Origin: Bugula neritina
Lineage: Eukaryota; Animalia; Bryozoa
DNA: 64,000 nt
NCBI GenBank assembly: GCA_964035545.1
Contig: OZ037771.1
Span: 6,481,190-6,545,189 of the forward strand
Direction of reading: 5' to 3'
A model generated the notes under the pieces. That model saw only the letters and a program-made list of their open reading frames with translations. It was not told the origin of the DNA and did no database searches. Of the stretch, positions 1-12,800 are shown piece after piece. The translations under genes and the position numbers were made by a program. Every line of letters starts with the position of its first letter. Position 1 is the first letter of the stretch.

Positions 1-1343
1 GTCCCCGGTCCAGAAGATCCCGTACTTGTCGGCTAACCTCCTTCTCTTTCTCCGGCCCCAGCCTGCGCGTGGGCTGCCGGACAGGGACTGTCCCTGCAGT
101 CAGCGGTATTTCGTGTCTGACAATTCCAGTCAGTCCCACGTCATGCTCTCCGCTGCTGAACACATCACCGTAGTCGCGTAGTAACTTGGCCATAGCTTGG
201 CGTTCTCTGTTACTCGCGCAGCCGCCACTGGCTGTTTCGTATAACTCCCGGAGATGTGTTGGGACTGCCCCTCGTCCCTGAATAGGGTGTCGAGGGGGTG
301 CCTCCGTCGCGTCACCCAGCGACGGGCCCACGTCCTCTTCCTGGACGGAGTGGAACCGGCCCAGCATTGACCCAGCTGGGAGCTCAATGGGCTCGGTAAA
401 GGGTTGACGCACTGCACTAATACCTCCCCTCGCTCAGTTAGTCGGTTTAAACTACTGGCGAGTTGGATCTTTTCGTGCGCGCTTTCAACGACCCCGAGCC
501 TGGCTATCCGGTTGCTGTTCACTCGGCAGTGGATAGTAGCTCTGGAGCGTCCGGGTACGGTGCAGTTTCGAACTACCTGAACACCGCCCACCAGAGGACG
601 CCCAAACTTATCCACACAGGCGAGTTCTCGCCCGCCCATCAGCACCACCGACTTACTGAAATCTATTCGGCACTGGTGTTGCTTCAAGAAGGGCATTCCG
701 AGGATAGCATCTTCCTCCAGTTGACCTATGATAAAGGTCTCCTGTACAGCCTGATCTCGGACACGCCCAGGGAGCTCGATAATACCATAAAAGGGGATAC
801 ATGACCCGTCTGCCAGGGTGCCATGTTCTCCAGTATACGGTCGTACTCTATCCCTGTCCCGGCGGGGCAGTGCCTCAAAGACTCTACGACTGAGAAGGTT
901 GGTAGTACAACCGGAGTCGAGCAGGAAAGTGACGGCGTTGCCGGCCACCTTTCCGGGTAGGAAATAGCTCTCTCCATGTGGTTGTACTTTCACCCCCCCG
1001 CATGTGCTGTCCTGGTTTGACAGGACGGCGGGGGTTTCACCCGTGGTTTACGGGGCTTCCGGCGGCGAGGTGGGTGCCGGCGGGGTTTGGGCCTCTCCAC
1101 TGGGCCTTCTGGCTCCATTTCAGTGGCGGGCTCCTCTTCCCGAGGTAACCGGTGAAACCGGTTAGCGAGTGGCAGGGAGAAGGTACTGGGCCGTTGTGCG
1201 GGCCTACTAGTCCTGCGTGGTACCTGCCACTCGGGTGGAATGTTCCGCCGCGTCCGTACGGACAGACGACGGCGCGTTCCACCATACTCCTTTAGTTGCG
1301 GCCCGCGGGGAGGGAGTGTGTCCGCGGGCCGTGACAGTTTAAC
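1..1343 (-). pseudogene. pol: pol 5' part (protease, RT N-terminus) with two apparent 1-bp frameshifts
   Basis: The -1 frame from the slip site stops just after the G7 run at 993-999 while the protease continues in another frame; a second shift at 401-403 (CCC vs CCCC in copy 2). Confidence 0.8.
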
Positions 1344-2158
1344 GCCCCCTGGTATTGGGGTCGTCCTTTCTGTCCCTGGTCCTGATCAGCGCTACTCCAG
1401 CCCTGCCCCACAGGTGTTGGGGGCATCCGCAAGGCCTGACCGGGGCCAGCACCGGCCAGAATGGTTACCAATTGTCCCAGCATCTCTACCATACGGTCCA
1501 TTTCGGCTTCCAGCGGGAGGGCTTCGGAGCCTGTCGTAGCCCTGGCAGCGCTGACTCCAACTACTGGTGGGTTCCTTTGTGCTCGATGCATTTGGGTAGC
1601 CAACAGGTAAGCTTCTCCAGCCTTCAGGGCATCCTCTATTCTGGTTATCCCTTTAGCTCGTAGGTGATGGTCTAGGCCCAGGTCGTTTAGGGACTGGACA
1701 AAGGCGTCATAGGTGTAACGCTCTTGGTGTTGTGCTGGCAGATCGCTATATGCAATCCGCGCCAGCTTCTTCACCGTCGCGGCATGTTCTTGCAGCGAGG
1801 TCCGCGGGGTGCGGCACAATCTCTCCAGCTTGGTCCTAGCGTCTATGACGGAGGTGCCAAAACGGGCCCGCAGCGCAGCCAGTATCCCGTCTACGTCCGT
1901 TCCCACTCCGTACGGCTTGGCTTGCTCCGTCACCGCTCTCCGCAATTGAATAAGGGCCACTCTATGCGGCCATTGAGCAACTTCCATTACCTCTCTAAAT
2001 TCTTGTATAAATTGTTCGACATCTTCCGACCCAGTAAAGGTGGGAGCTTTCAAGCAATGTCTATAAGCTTCTTCTCCTTCACGATTCACAGGATTAACAG
2101 CATTTCTACGCTCACCTTCTACTGGGGGTGGTTGCATTCTAGCATTTTCAGTCTCCAT
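1292..2158 (-). CDS. gag: Gag (288 aa) of Gypsy copy 1; no CCHC knuckle visible
   Basis: LKAPTFTGSEDVEQFIQEF...LRARFG, homologous to 15042-15995. Confidence 0.88.
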   Translation of the reverse strand: METENARMQPPPVEGERRNAVNPVNREGEEAYRHCLKAPTFTGSEDVEQFIQEFREVMEVAQWPHRVALIQLRRAVTEQAKPYGVGTDVDGILAALRARFGTSVIDARTKLERLCRTPRTSLQEHAATVKKLARIAYSDLPAQHQERYTYDAFVQSLNDLGLDHHLRAKGITRIEDALKAGEAYLLATQMHRAQRNPPVVGVSAARATTGSEALPLEAEMDRMVEMLGQLVTILAGAGPGQALRMPPTPVGQGWSSADQDQGQKGRPQYQGALNCHGPRTHSLPAGRN

Positions 2159-2172
2159 CTTTGATATACACT

Positions 2173-2190
2173 ATCCCACTGCTGCCACCA
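2173..2190 (-). promoter_or_regulatory. Primer binding site, tRNA-Leu type
   Basis: TGGTGGCAGCAGTGGGAT, one difference from the complement of the metazoan tRNA-Leu(AAG/TAG) 3' end. Confidence 0.8.
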
Positions 2191-2191
2191 C

Positions 2192-2495
2192 TGTTATGTT
2201 TTTCAGTTTTGGGGTTGATGTGCCACCAAGAGAGTCTATTTATCACTAGAGAAACTTCACCAGTTAAGTCGAGTAGATATCGTTATATTTAATACAAGAA
2301 TACATAATAAAATCCAATGTACAACAGTAATGATACGCACGTCTATTTAATTTACAGCACTATCCTCAACTGAGCTAGTAGCGCGAAGCGGCTACTATTA
2401 CTTATCAAACAGCCTAGCTAATTGGCTAATACATTGTTCCGGGTCAATACGCAACCTTGCGTATTGTGTTGCTGGTAGCTCCACGAGCCACCACA
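2192..2495 (-). repeat. 5' LTR of Gypsy copy 1 (304 bp)
   Basis: TG...CA termini; alignable with, but diverged from, LTR 14706-15010; followed by PBS after 1 nt. Confidence 0.9.
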
Positions 2496-2751
2496 ATACT
2501 CATAGTCATAGTGATGCAGTCGATCATACTCAGTCTGAGTCTCATGAGACTGAGTCATCAGTCATGGCGGTGACCAATGGCAATACTGTGTCTGATAGTG
2601 ATACTCATAGTCATACTGATGGTGATACTGCTAGTTGCAGTGAATATCTTACTCTAAGTTTATAATACGACTGATCGTATTCCTATTAGTGTTACTTATT
2701 ACTATTAGTTATTACTTATAGTTATTTATTATTAGAATTTCTTAGAAAACG

Positions 2752-3063
2752 ATCTCTCACTGGGATTTTAACCTGAGACCTTTAGCTTGCAAGCAGGCGC
2801 ACTTGCCATTACACTACAGTAACACTGGGTAAACTCAACACTAGCTACATCCCATCCAATCCTCAAGAACTCCACTGGCCTCTCTAATACTCTTTCAGTC
2901 TTCAGGCTCCCTTGGCCTCTCAACTTCCTCAGAGTACTACTACACTTCACTAAAGGCAGAAATAGCTTCTAAGAAAACTTTATCCCACTGGGATTCGAAC
3001 CCGAAATCTCTGGCTTGTAAGCAGGCACACTAGTCATTACCCCACAAGACACTGGATAAACTC
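2752..3063 (-). repeat. Two adjacent tRNA-derived SINE-like copies (~2752-2838, ~2975-3063)
   Basis: A-box/B-box-like GTGTAGTGG and GGGTTCGAATCCCAGTGG; homologous to 52430-52520. Confidence 0.65.
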
Positions 3064-5808
3064 ATGATATAATTGTACTACTATTTTTAATCATAATATT
3101 TTTTATTTGACTTTTGATATATGAGCACTGAATCGATTTCATAAAATTAAAACTAAAAGTTTTCAAGCTCAAAATCAAGTTAGTGAATTATAATTTGTTA
3201 CTCATTTTGAATGAGTGAATAGTATTCTATAAGTATAATAATCTGTATAAGTTAGGAATAACTGTAGTCTGTACAAGTGAGACTTACTCTTGCTAGATGG
3301 TAAAACCGTAAGTTTTTGTTCAAGTTGAGCGATCAAATCTATTAATATTTAGTTAGGTATTTAGGAACTGTAACAATTTAATTTCATAATTCTTTTTTAT
3401 AAATTTATTGCAATTGATTTTCATTAATTAGACTGACAACGCAACTCTGCACCTAACTTAATAATGAGTTATTTTAATCTCATTTTTATAGTGAAATGAA
3501 GTTTTTACTTGATCTTAGGACTTAGACTAAGACTTATGCATAGGGTTATATATATCTCAGTCAATGGGGTAGGCTCCAAAATTCTCTCGATTTTGAATGA
3601 TATTTTTCAACTTTGAACCAGTACTATAATTTTTCTAGTCATCCCAGGCCTAAGCACCACTTCTCTAGATCTTAAGCATTTTAACTCTCTCCAATGAGCA
3701 TTATGTATTTGTGGTTCTAGCTAACTCACTAACTGAACTAGCAAACTATCAAAATTATTGGTATCAAAATTTGGTCATAATACATCAACCCTAACTATTA
3801 ATGTCAATGTAGTCTTTAATATAAAGGTGTAAAGAAGAAACAAATCTTTTCTTCAATCGGGCAACTTTATGCAGCATATTCCTGGTATCTGCTTTCAATA
3901 TCACATTAAGTTTACCCACATAATTGCCGATATTATTGAAAATTCTTCTAACTTGTGACTTTTTTCACCACTTTCCTTAATGATCTGGAAAGGTACTAAT
4001 TTATTCCTTGAGCACGGTTTTCCTTAGCCTGAATTGTTTACTTTTTGGTGGCATTTTAGAGAGTTATTTACTTTCTAAACCTGCCACTAATGAGTTATCA
4101 GTTTCCAACTATGTAATATTAAAGCTTTGAGTAAGCCCAGTACATAAACATTGCATATTATCTACTGATGCGAATAAACCTCGTGTCAGTTTGTCACTAA
4201 TTTTTTGAAGTACTGCAGCTTCTAATCCAAATGATGAATCTGCTTGTATCATTATTTCTCTGTTAAGAAAATATGGCAGGAAACGATCATAAGTGCGGCC
4301 TAACTTTAGCAATCTTCAATATTTCGAATTGCTTCATCATTTTCTATGCAGCGAAAATATTTTCATCAAAAAAATTAAGTCCTTTTACAAAATAATCTTC
4401 AGTATCTCTTATCATTAAAGGTTAATTAATACAACTTTTCTCTAAATTATAGTATTAAATGTCATAATTAGTTTATGCATGGTGCAATTCTTCTTGAAAT
4501 TAAAGCGTTTGATAGTAATCTAACTTGGGTTTGCTTTGATTCTTTACATAATGTTATTAATATAGCTATCAATCAATTTGATTTAAACACTTGATTATAT
4601 TCTATACGTATTTTGTTCTATTCTCCTAGTTATATAATGGCACACTCCAACTAGTAATGCTGAAGCTAATGTCACCTAAAACACCTTATTTAAACTGACA
4701 ATTTCTCCTCAAGTTATCGGATGAACTATTGAATTAAAAAGAATTAAAAATTTCTATGGACGCTAGATATGACAAAAGTCTTGTTTGCATTTTTGTCATG
4801 AGCTGTCCTACATACTAGCTTACATTTGGTAGGAAGCTGGGATGGTATTGAGATTCAGTTGTAATTTGTTACATTAATTGTATTACACAATTTCACTTTT
4901 ACTTTGAGCAAGTAGTGCCAAATAACAACAATAATTGTGTGATAAATTTTCTCATTGATATAATTCATTTAATGATAATATTAGGTATTAACTGGAAGTA
5001 GTTGTAGTACAAACATTTGTGCCATAACGCTGTAATCCAATACTTTTTCCAAGCTAATTTTATTTTTACTGTTATAATTAATGCATGTCGACCAGGGTTA
5101 CGTACATAAGAGAGACATATTTTCATTTGAAGTAAAGTTATCTTTTTAGGATAATGAAATATAACGCCACAACAAGTTGTCATCACTTGTTTATTAGCAT
5201 GTTGATAACACCTAGCCCCTGTGGATTGTGTTATGTCTGAACCTAGCAGTGTATTTCAACTGATGTTAATATGTGAATGCAAATTTCTCCCCTACTGCAC
5301 CAAAATGTAATATATGTTCCTTTCATGAACTGGGACATGTAATGTCTTGAAAATCTATTAATAGTAAGTTTATTAGGTTGAAAGTAGTCTAACATCTTTA
5401 ACTTCCTGTTTCGTTGTAAGCTGTACCTGTCATACAAATACTAATCAGTGAGCTTAGGTAGCTGATAACCATGTATACATGAAATCCCCTAGCCGAAAGG
5501 GGAATACTTGTAAAATTCAAAAGATTGTTGATATTAATTCGTAACCATTTAAAGTAAATAAAAGTCTTGGAATATAGCAGTCTTCTAAAGGCTTTTAGTC
5601 CACACCTTTGTTTTTCATTCTCCCTATTCATTTACATAATTAACTGGAGTGTGTTAACGCTGACTCTCAATAGTCACAACTCATTAGATCAATTCTGTGA
5701 CATACCTGTGATAGCAGATATGAGTTTTATTTTATGTCTGTATGATTTAGCTGTTTTCGAATTAGCCTACTTTATACAGCACTTACATTACCAGTGATGG
5801 TGTCTGGT

Positions 5809-6150
5809 AGAATGGCACAGGTAAAAATGGCACAGGTAAAATGGCACAGGTAAAAATGGCACAGGTAAAATGGCGCAGGTAAAATCGCACAGGTGAAACT
5901 AGCACAAATAGTAATGACACAGGTGATAATGGCACAAATGGCAAAGTAGGTGAAAATGGCACATTTCCAATATTAGGGTTGGTTTGAGGGGTTTGGGTTT
6001 GGGAATGGGCGTTGGAGGTTTGGGAAAATTCAGCATCAGTGGGCCACTTTTACCTACTTTCTATTTGTGCCATTATTAGACCTACCTGTGCCATTTTTAG
6101 ACCTACCTGTGCCATTATTACCTGTGCCATTTTTACAGTGCCAATTTTAC
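5809..6150. repeat. Foldback-type element: tandem ATGGCACAGGTAAAA subrepeats facing their inverted copies
   Basis: (AATGGCACAGGTAA)n at 5810-5965 and (TACCTGTGCCATT)n at 6045-6150. Confidence 0.7.
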
Positions 6151-6389
6151 CTAAAATTACCTGTGGTAGCCTTTTATTTGCTTCAACTTGATTTATTATA
6201 GTGGAGGTGTTACTCTATTGTGTTGGTTGTTCTCAATTATTCAATAGTTGTATTGACAACAACAATTATTTATACAAAGTGAATTTGTTCTATTCAATTC
6301 ATTGTGAATGTTCTTTAGTCAGCTAGTCATTCCTTGCTACCTCTAATACATACATACATAATATTCTTATAGTATCTCCACCTCTACAG

Positions 6390-7567
6390 CTTCATCATCC
6401 CTCATCATCTACTCAGCCTTCGTAACAGGTATTCCTTGATTGGGATTACATTTTATCTTTAGTTGGGAATTTGCTTGTGGTCTCCACATTAACTTATTTA
6501 GCAGTTGACAAATAGATGCTTCAAAAATTGCTTCAAAAGCATTTTATGATATTTGGTAATACTGGTTAAAAATATATAATTTATTGTGTGTTCATAATTT
6601 TAATTTATAATAAATATAGTTTAAAAAAGGTTAATATGTACTAATAGGTTACTGATTAAGGCATATTTCTAATTCTGCTAACGTTTAGCAATGCCTCTTT
6701 TTATATTCGGAGTAAATAAATACATATAATTACACTTTTCAACTAATTTTATGTATTTCATTTACTATGGTCTAAGGGTTTTTTAAGCAATGATATTGAG
6801 TACAATGCTCTGAGGTGTAAAGCAAATTATCATAATCAATATTGTATTTTGTCATCCGGTAACACTTGAGTTGTTGTTTCAGACTGAATATCAAGCTACT
6901 AAGCCGTGAACAGGCAATACCGACCTTACTAGGAATTGGAACCCTGCAAAGCCTGCTCTAGCATGAGCTGGCTTGCCTGTGTCATATGCCTTCTTTTCTG
7001 TATGTTGATTGTTCCTTCTTCTTATCTCTTAGTTTATTTCATTTCGTAAACAAAATTTACTGCAGCTCTACACTTTACGTTTTCACCTTTGAGGTTTATA
7101 AGATATTTTGTTTTACGGAGTAAATTGTAAACTTTTTTAAATATGTTTTTAACTTTTTCTAATTTTGTAATGAAAATCTTTTTCTTTGTTAATATTATGA
7201 CTATCATCTTATCTAATATAGTTACTACTACTACTACTACTACTGCTACTACTACTAGTACTACTACTACTACTACTACTACTACTGCTACTACTACTAG
7301 TACTACTACTACTACTAGTAGTACTACTACTACTGCTACTACTACTACTACTGCTACTAATACTGCTACTACTACTGCTACTACTACTACTAATACTACT
7401 ACTACTACTACTGCTACTACTACTGCTACTGCTACTAGTACTACTACTACTACTGCTACTACTACTAGTACTACTACTACTAGTAGTACTACTACTACTG
7501 CTACTACTACTGCTACTACTACTGCTACTAATACTGCTACTACTACTGCTACTACTACTACTACTAT

Positions 7568-7603
<36 letters not shown>

Positions 7604-7891
7604 TGCTATTACCACTACTACTGCTACTACTACTACTACTGCTACTACTACTACTACTGCTACTAGTACTGCTACTACTACTGCTACTACTACTAGTACT
7701 ACTACTACTACTACTACTACTACTGCTACTACTACTGCTACTACTACTAGTACTACTACTACTACTGCTACTACTACTAGTACTACTACTACTACTAGTA
7801 GTAGTACTACTACTACTGCTACTACTACTAGTACTACTACTACTACTGCTACTAATACTGCTACTACTACTGCTACTACTACTACTACTAT

Positions 7892-7922
<31 letters not shown>

Positions 7923-8062
7923 GCTACTACTACTGCTGCTACTACTACTACTACTGCTACTACTACTAGTACTACTACTACTACTACTACTACTACTAAT
8001 ACTGCTACTACTACTGCTACTACTACTACTATTACTGCTACTACTACTGCTACTACTACTAG

Positions 8063-8097
<35 letters not shown>

Positions 8098-8260
8098 GTA
8101 CTACTACTAGTACTACTACTAGTACTACTACTGCTGCTACTACTACTGCTACTACTTCTGCTACTAATACTGCTACTACTACTGCTACTACTACTACTAC
8201 TACTGCTATTACCACTACTACTGCTACTACTACTACTGTTACTACTACTACTACTACTGT

Positions 8261-8293
<33 letters not shown>

Positions 8294-11200
8294 AATGCTC
8301 GTACTACTAATACTACTATTACTATTACTAATACTGATACTACTACTGATACTATTACTGATACTGCTACTAATACAAATGTTAATTCTAGCACATTAAT
8401 GCAACTGTCTTCCAGTAAATATTTGTTAAAATTATATAGCTTGTAAACTCATTCTAATAACTGGATGCTGTTTTACTCAGGTTTTACTCCGTCTGTCAAA
8501 ACAGAGACTGCTCCTCACGTCAACATATCTGTTAAGGGGGCCACAGGCTACGAGGAGTTGCTGAGGGGAGATGAGGGGTTATATGAATATGATGCTGTTA
8601 GAGACGAGACTGTCACACTATTTCTCCAATTCTACGATCCTCAAAAGGTATAACGGAAGTGGTAGAGTTGAGTTTTGTAACACCTTGCTGCCTATGCTAA
8701 TGTAGATACTTATGCTGTAGTAGTTGTTATAGGGAGCAGCCGTGGTCTAGGGTTTAGAGTGCTGACAAGGTCAGTGGTTTGATACCCAGTGAAGGCCATT
8801 GGTAATGTTAGGAAGAGCGTACAGTCATAATTGCTTTTTACCACACTTAAATAAGTCCTGCTTAAACACCTGTCCATCAGGGGTTCTCACAGGGATAGTG
8901 AGCATATGCCCACAGTAGTGTTAGAGTTATACGTAGTCATTAGTTACATGGTAGTTAAGTTTATCTATTAATTATTCTGTAGAGACTGTTTGACATCAGT
9001 GTACAGGGAGGTGAAGGTTACGACATAGATGATCGGAATGACATTCAGTGTTCACGAACTGAAGTCACCTGTAATCTCACCTATTCCACTCGGGTGGACT
9101 TGAGAACGGCCCCGCCTCACCAAGCTATCGCTCTGGATAGATCAGGCAGCTTCATCGTACAAACATTTTTCTACATTTACGTCAAGAACGGTATATTGTG
9201 TGCTTCTACCAGTTGCTGCTAGCAATTGCTCGGTCTGTAGTTTATCACTAGTGGTCTAAATGAGTCTTCAGAATTGTCTTTCCTCTTTCAAGAGACCATA
9301 ACGATGCTTGGAATATTATTGTCAATACATAATCAATTTTAACATAAAATATTTTAGCCCCAAACAGTTGGCTTCTAGTTCACTTTATTTTTCATTAAAC
9401 TGAAAAGCCTGAACAGTTTTCAATATGGAAATTGATTTCAAGTGCTTCCTCTGTTTACATTCTAGAAATGATGTAAAGTTTTAGACTGTGTGCAATTGAA
9501 TGGTATTGTAACCTACTTTTTCTTAGAGTTTATAAATTAAACCCCACATGACTAATTAGTATAATCTACTCTGAAGATCTTCAGCTGAAGTTGCATTCAC
9601 CTCTAGACTCTAGAGTCTAGAGTGTTGTGGCTAGCCTAGCCTTTGGCTATTAGTCAACTAATATACATACATGAAACCTTAGTGTACTTGTGTGATGTCC
9701 AAACATACATGTGTATACTGTATAGTATGTTTAGTCATTGTACTTTGACTATGAGTACTATGTATGTATTAGTCATTCTACTTAGACTATAAGTACAATG
9801 TATGTTTAGTCATTGTACTTTGACTATGAGTACTATGTATGTTTAGTCATTGTACTTTGACTATGAGTACTATGTATGTTTAGTCATTCTACTTTGACTA
9901 TAAGTACTATGTATATATTAGTCATTCTACTTTGACTATAAGTAGTTAAGTACTATGTATGTATTAGTCATTGTACTTTGACTATAAGTACTATGTATAT
10001 TAACTACTACCAGTGTTACAGTTACATCACATCTAACTGTAGTTCAGAAGCTCAGCTGGGACAACTCCTATAAAGCAGAGCGTTGGAGCAATGGCAGTCT
10101 ATTAATAGTGGCCGAGACGGAGGGTTACCCCAGACCTACTGAGTATACTCTGTTGGATAACTCAGGCAAAGTGCTGTTCACTAGAAAGGATTTCAAGAGT
10201 GAGTCTTGTTGCATTGAAAGTAGTAAATCTCTGTACCCAGTGTAGCTTTGTTCTCTTTTGTGTTTAATTTCCAAGTCTTCAATGCAAATCATTCTTATGC
10301 AGTATTTATATGCATTCCACCAGTTAATATAGTAATGTGACTCACAGCTGTACCTTTGTGCTTCAGTTTGTCTACTTGTTGATGTAAATTACTGCTTGTT
10401 GAATATTTAACTTAATAATTTTTATCTGTTATCAAATGTTTAGTCGTTTTCCAGTTAATGCATAATATTATACAAGCTAGGAAGAAGTCCTCCTGTATTA
10501 TATGAAAACCACTATAAGAATAATATATATGGTGATAATATATAATAGTAATACTATATTATAGTAATAATATATAATAGTAATAATATATAATAGTAAT
10601 AATATATAATAGTAATAATATATAATAGTAATAATATGTAACAGTAATAATATATAGTAGTAATAATATATAATAGTAATAATATATAATAGTAATAATA
10701 TATAATAGTAATAATATATTATAGTAATAATATATAATAGTAATAATATGTAACAGTAATAATATATAATAGTAATAATATATAATAGTAATAATATATA
10801 ATAGTAATAATATATTATAGTAATAATATATAACAGTAATAATATGTAACAGTAATAATATATAATAGTAATAAATATAATGTATGCTCTAACGTCTAAA
10901 TAATAAAACATATTAATGATTATAATATGAAATAATACATGTCTTAGTATCCGAGGAGATAACTCTCAATACACATTGGAATACGAGTTTGGTGGCCAGG
11001 AACAGGTACAATGATACTATAACCAAGACCATTTCTATTTCACCTGCTGTTTCCAAGACAGCCAAAATCACTGGAGAAGGTGGGTGGATCAACTCTCTAT
11101 GTTGGTCAGTGGGTGGGGGGGGGAACTCCCTTCCTGCTAGAAGGCCCTGTTTTCAAGTGATGGACCAGTGTTACGTTTTGCTACATTTCCAATTAGTATA

Positions 11201-12800
11201 ATGAGTGTTTAGTAGTAAATACTGTCAATGTGAATTGCTATGTAGTTGAGTATTGGTAAATTTACACGAAGCACAATTGCTACAAATCGTTACGAAGTTA
11301 CACATATAGATTATAGCTGAAATGAAGCATTAGGTGTTGAACAATTAAACTGTGATTATATTTTTACCTTCCCATTTAGAGTTGTCTTCTACTGATTGCA
11401 AACATTCATCTCTGTATAAGTTTCAGATGGTAAACAACTCAACTCCATTTACATAGTAATAGCCGTAGCTGGTGCTGTTGTATTGGCAATTATCTTTCTC
11501 GGCATTGTGGTTTGCCTTGTTAAACTGAAGCGTAAGAAAACTGGCCCTTTGAGTTCTGGTACTCAAGGAACTTCTGGCAGAGGTACTTATTACATTATAT
11601 ATACTGTATTATACTACATACAGTGTATTATACTATATACAGTGTATTATACTACATACAGTGTATTATACTATATACAGTGTAATATACTATATACAGT
11701 GTATTATACTACATACAGTGTATTATACTATATACAGTGTATTATATTACATACAGTGTATTATACTATATACAGTGTATTATACTACATACAGTGTATT
11801 ATACTATATACAGTGTAATATACTATATACAGTGTATTATACTACATACAGTGTATTATACTATATACAGTGTATTATACTATATACAGTGTATTATACT
11901 ACATACAGTGTATTATACTATATACAGTGTAATATACTATATACAGTGTATTATACTACATACAGTGTATTATACTATATACAGTGTATTATACTATATA
12001 CAGTGTATTATATTACATACAGTGTATTATACTATATACTGTGTGTTATACTATATACAGTGTATTATACTATATACAGTGTATTATACTATATACACTG
12101 TATCATACTATATACAGTATATTATACTACATACAGTGCAACACATATATAAAGTGTACTCTCTATTACTCATATACTGTGATTCCATTATATCCCCTCA
12201 ATAGTTTTGTGTTTGAATGAGGATACACGGGTTATTTGTTCATGTGATACAGATATAGAAGAAGTGAAGGAAGATTCACAGTCTCTCTTACAGAGTAGTG
12301 ATGATCAGACAACTCCTAATGCATCTCACACACCTCCAGTTGCCACGCCCACAACTGCCACGCCTCCAGTTACCACGCCTCCAGTTGCCACACCCACAAC
12401 TGATATCATAAGTCCTGAAAGTCCAATCATAATTGAAATCAACACTAATGAGTCGAAGCAACATTACATGCCTACCATTTCCTCTCAGCCTCCTTCTGAC
12501 TCTATAGATAACTTGTTCCAACCACCGCTGCCCGCAGAAGATGAAACTGGTGAAGATTCGATCCAGCAAAATGACGACCTTGAACGGGATCATATTCCAA
12601 GCAGCGGCCATGCCATGGCGGAGGCTAAGTCAATGTCATCAATGAGTGACGGGCCAGTAGCTGCTGTGTCTATCAGTTCTCAGAGTGATTTCGAATGGAG
12701 CGGTGGGCAGGGCTCCCCACCAGCTTCTAGCAGATATTTAGAATCTCTCTCTAATAACATCGCACCTCCGGAAGATGACTACAAACACTATAGAGTGTAA
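6390..12800 (+). CDS. Paralog A: single-pass type-I membrane protein with Ig-like ectodomain and long acidic Pro/Thr tail. Exons 6390-6428 (tentative), 8481-8647, 8983-9190, 10043-10198, 10948-11079, 11427-11582 (TM), 12253-12800; start codon not located
   Basis: All junctions GT-AG and frame-compatible; motifs YEYDAVRDE, CSRTEVTCNLTY, AETEGYPRP, LVARNRY; TM IYIVIAVAGAVVLAIIFLGIVVCLV followed by KLKRKK. Confidence 0.82.
7222..8290. repeat. Imperfect (ACT)n triplet array, ~1.07 kb, probably intronic in paralog A
   Basis: Continuous ACT with GCT/AGT/AAT/ATT variants. Confidence 0.95.
8732..8912 (+). repeat. tRNA-derived SINE, family 2
   Basis: GGGAGCAGCCGTGGTCTAG head and CTCACAGGGATAG tail shared with 25383-25587, 45291-45468 and 52839-53393. 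Confidence 0.7.
9730..10000. repeat. Intronic minisatellite (~36-bp unit TTAGTCATTGTACTTTGACTATGAGTACTATGTATG)
   Basis: About 7 tandem copies visible. Confidence 0.9.
10535..10875. repeat. Intronic AT-rich minisatellite (TAATAATATATAATAG-like unit)
   Basis: Tandem copies visible. Confidence 0.9.
11590..12140. repeat. Intronic minisatellite (19-bp unit TACAGTGTATTATACTATA)
   Basis: Tandem copies start right after the TM-exon donor; explains the YYIQCIILYTV ORFs. Confidence 0.92.

Larger units (their letters stand above)
1..2495 (-). mobile_element. Ty3/Gypsy LTR retrotransposon, copy 1 (5' part; runs off window start), related to the element at 14706-22209
   Basis: On - strand: LTR TGTGGTGG...ATAACA, PBS, gag, protease (LLDSGC) and start of the RT region; clear homology to 14706-17285. 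Confidence 0.95.

Noticed and set aside
7034-8291. Poly-Val (393 aa) and poly-Ser (360 aa) ORFs, and the Leu-rich 'TM' at the end of the poly-Thr ORF
   Set aside because: Alternative readings of the (ACT)n array; the Leu stretch is the same repeat read as CTA.
9730-10000. CRISPR-like array (also 56097-56239, 56805-57045)
   Set aside because: Head-to-tail tandem units without unique spacers, in eukaryotic introns, with no cas genes.
10498-12220. Tyr/Ile-rich repetitive ORFs
   Set aside because: Translations of intronic minisatellites.
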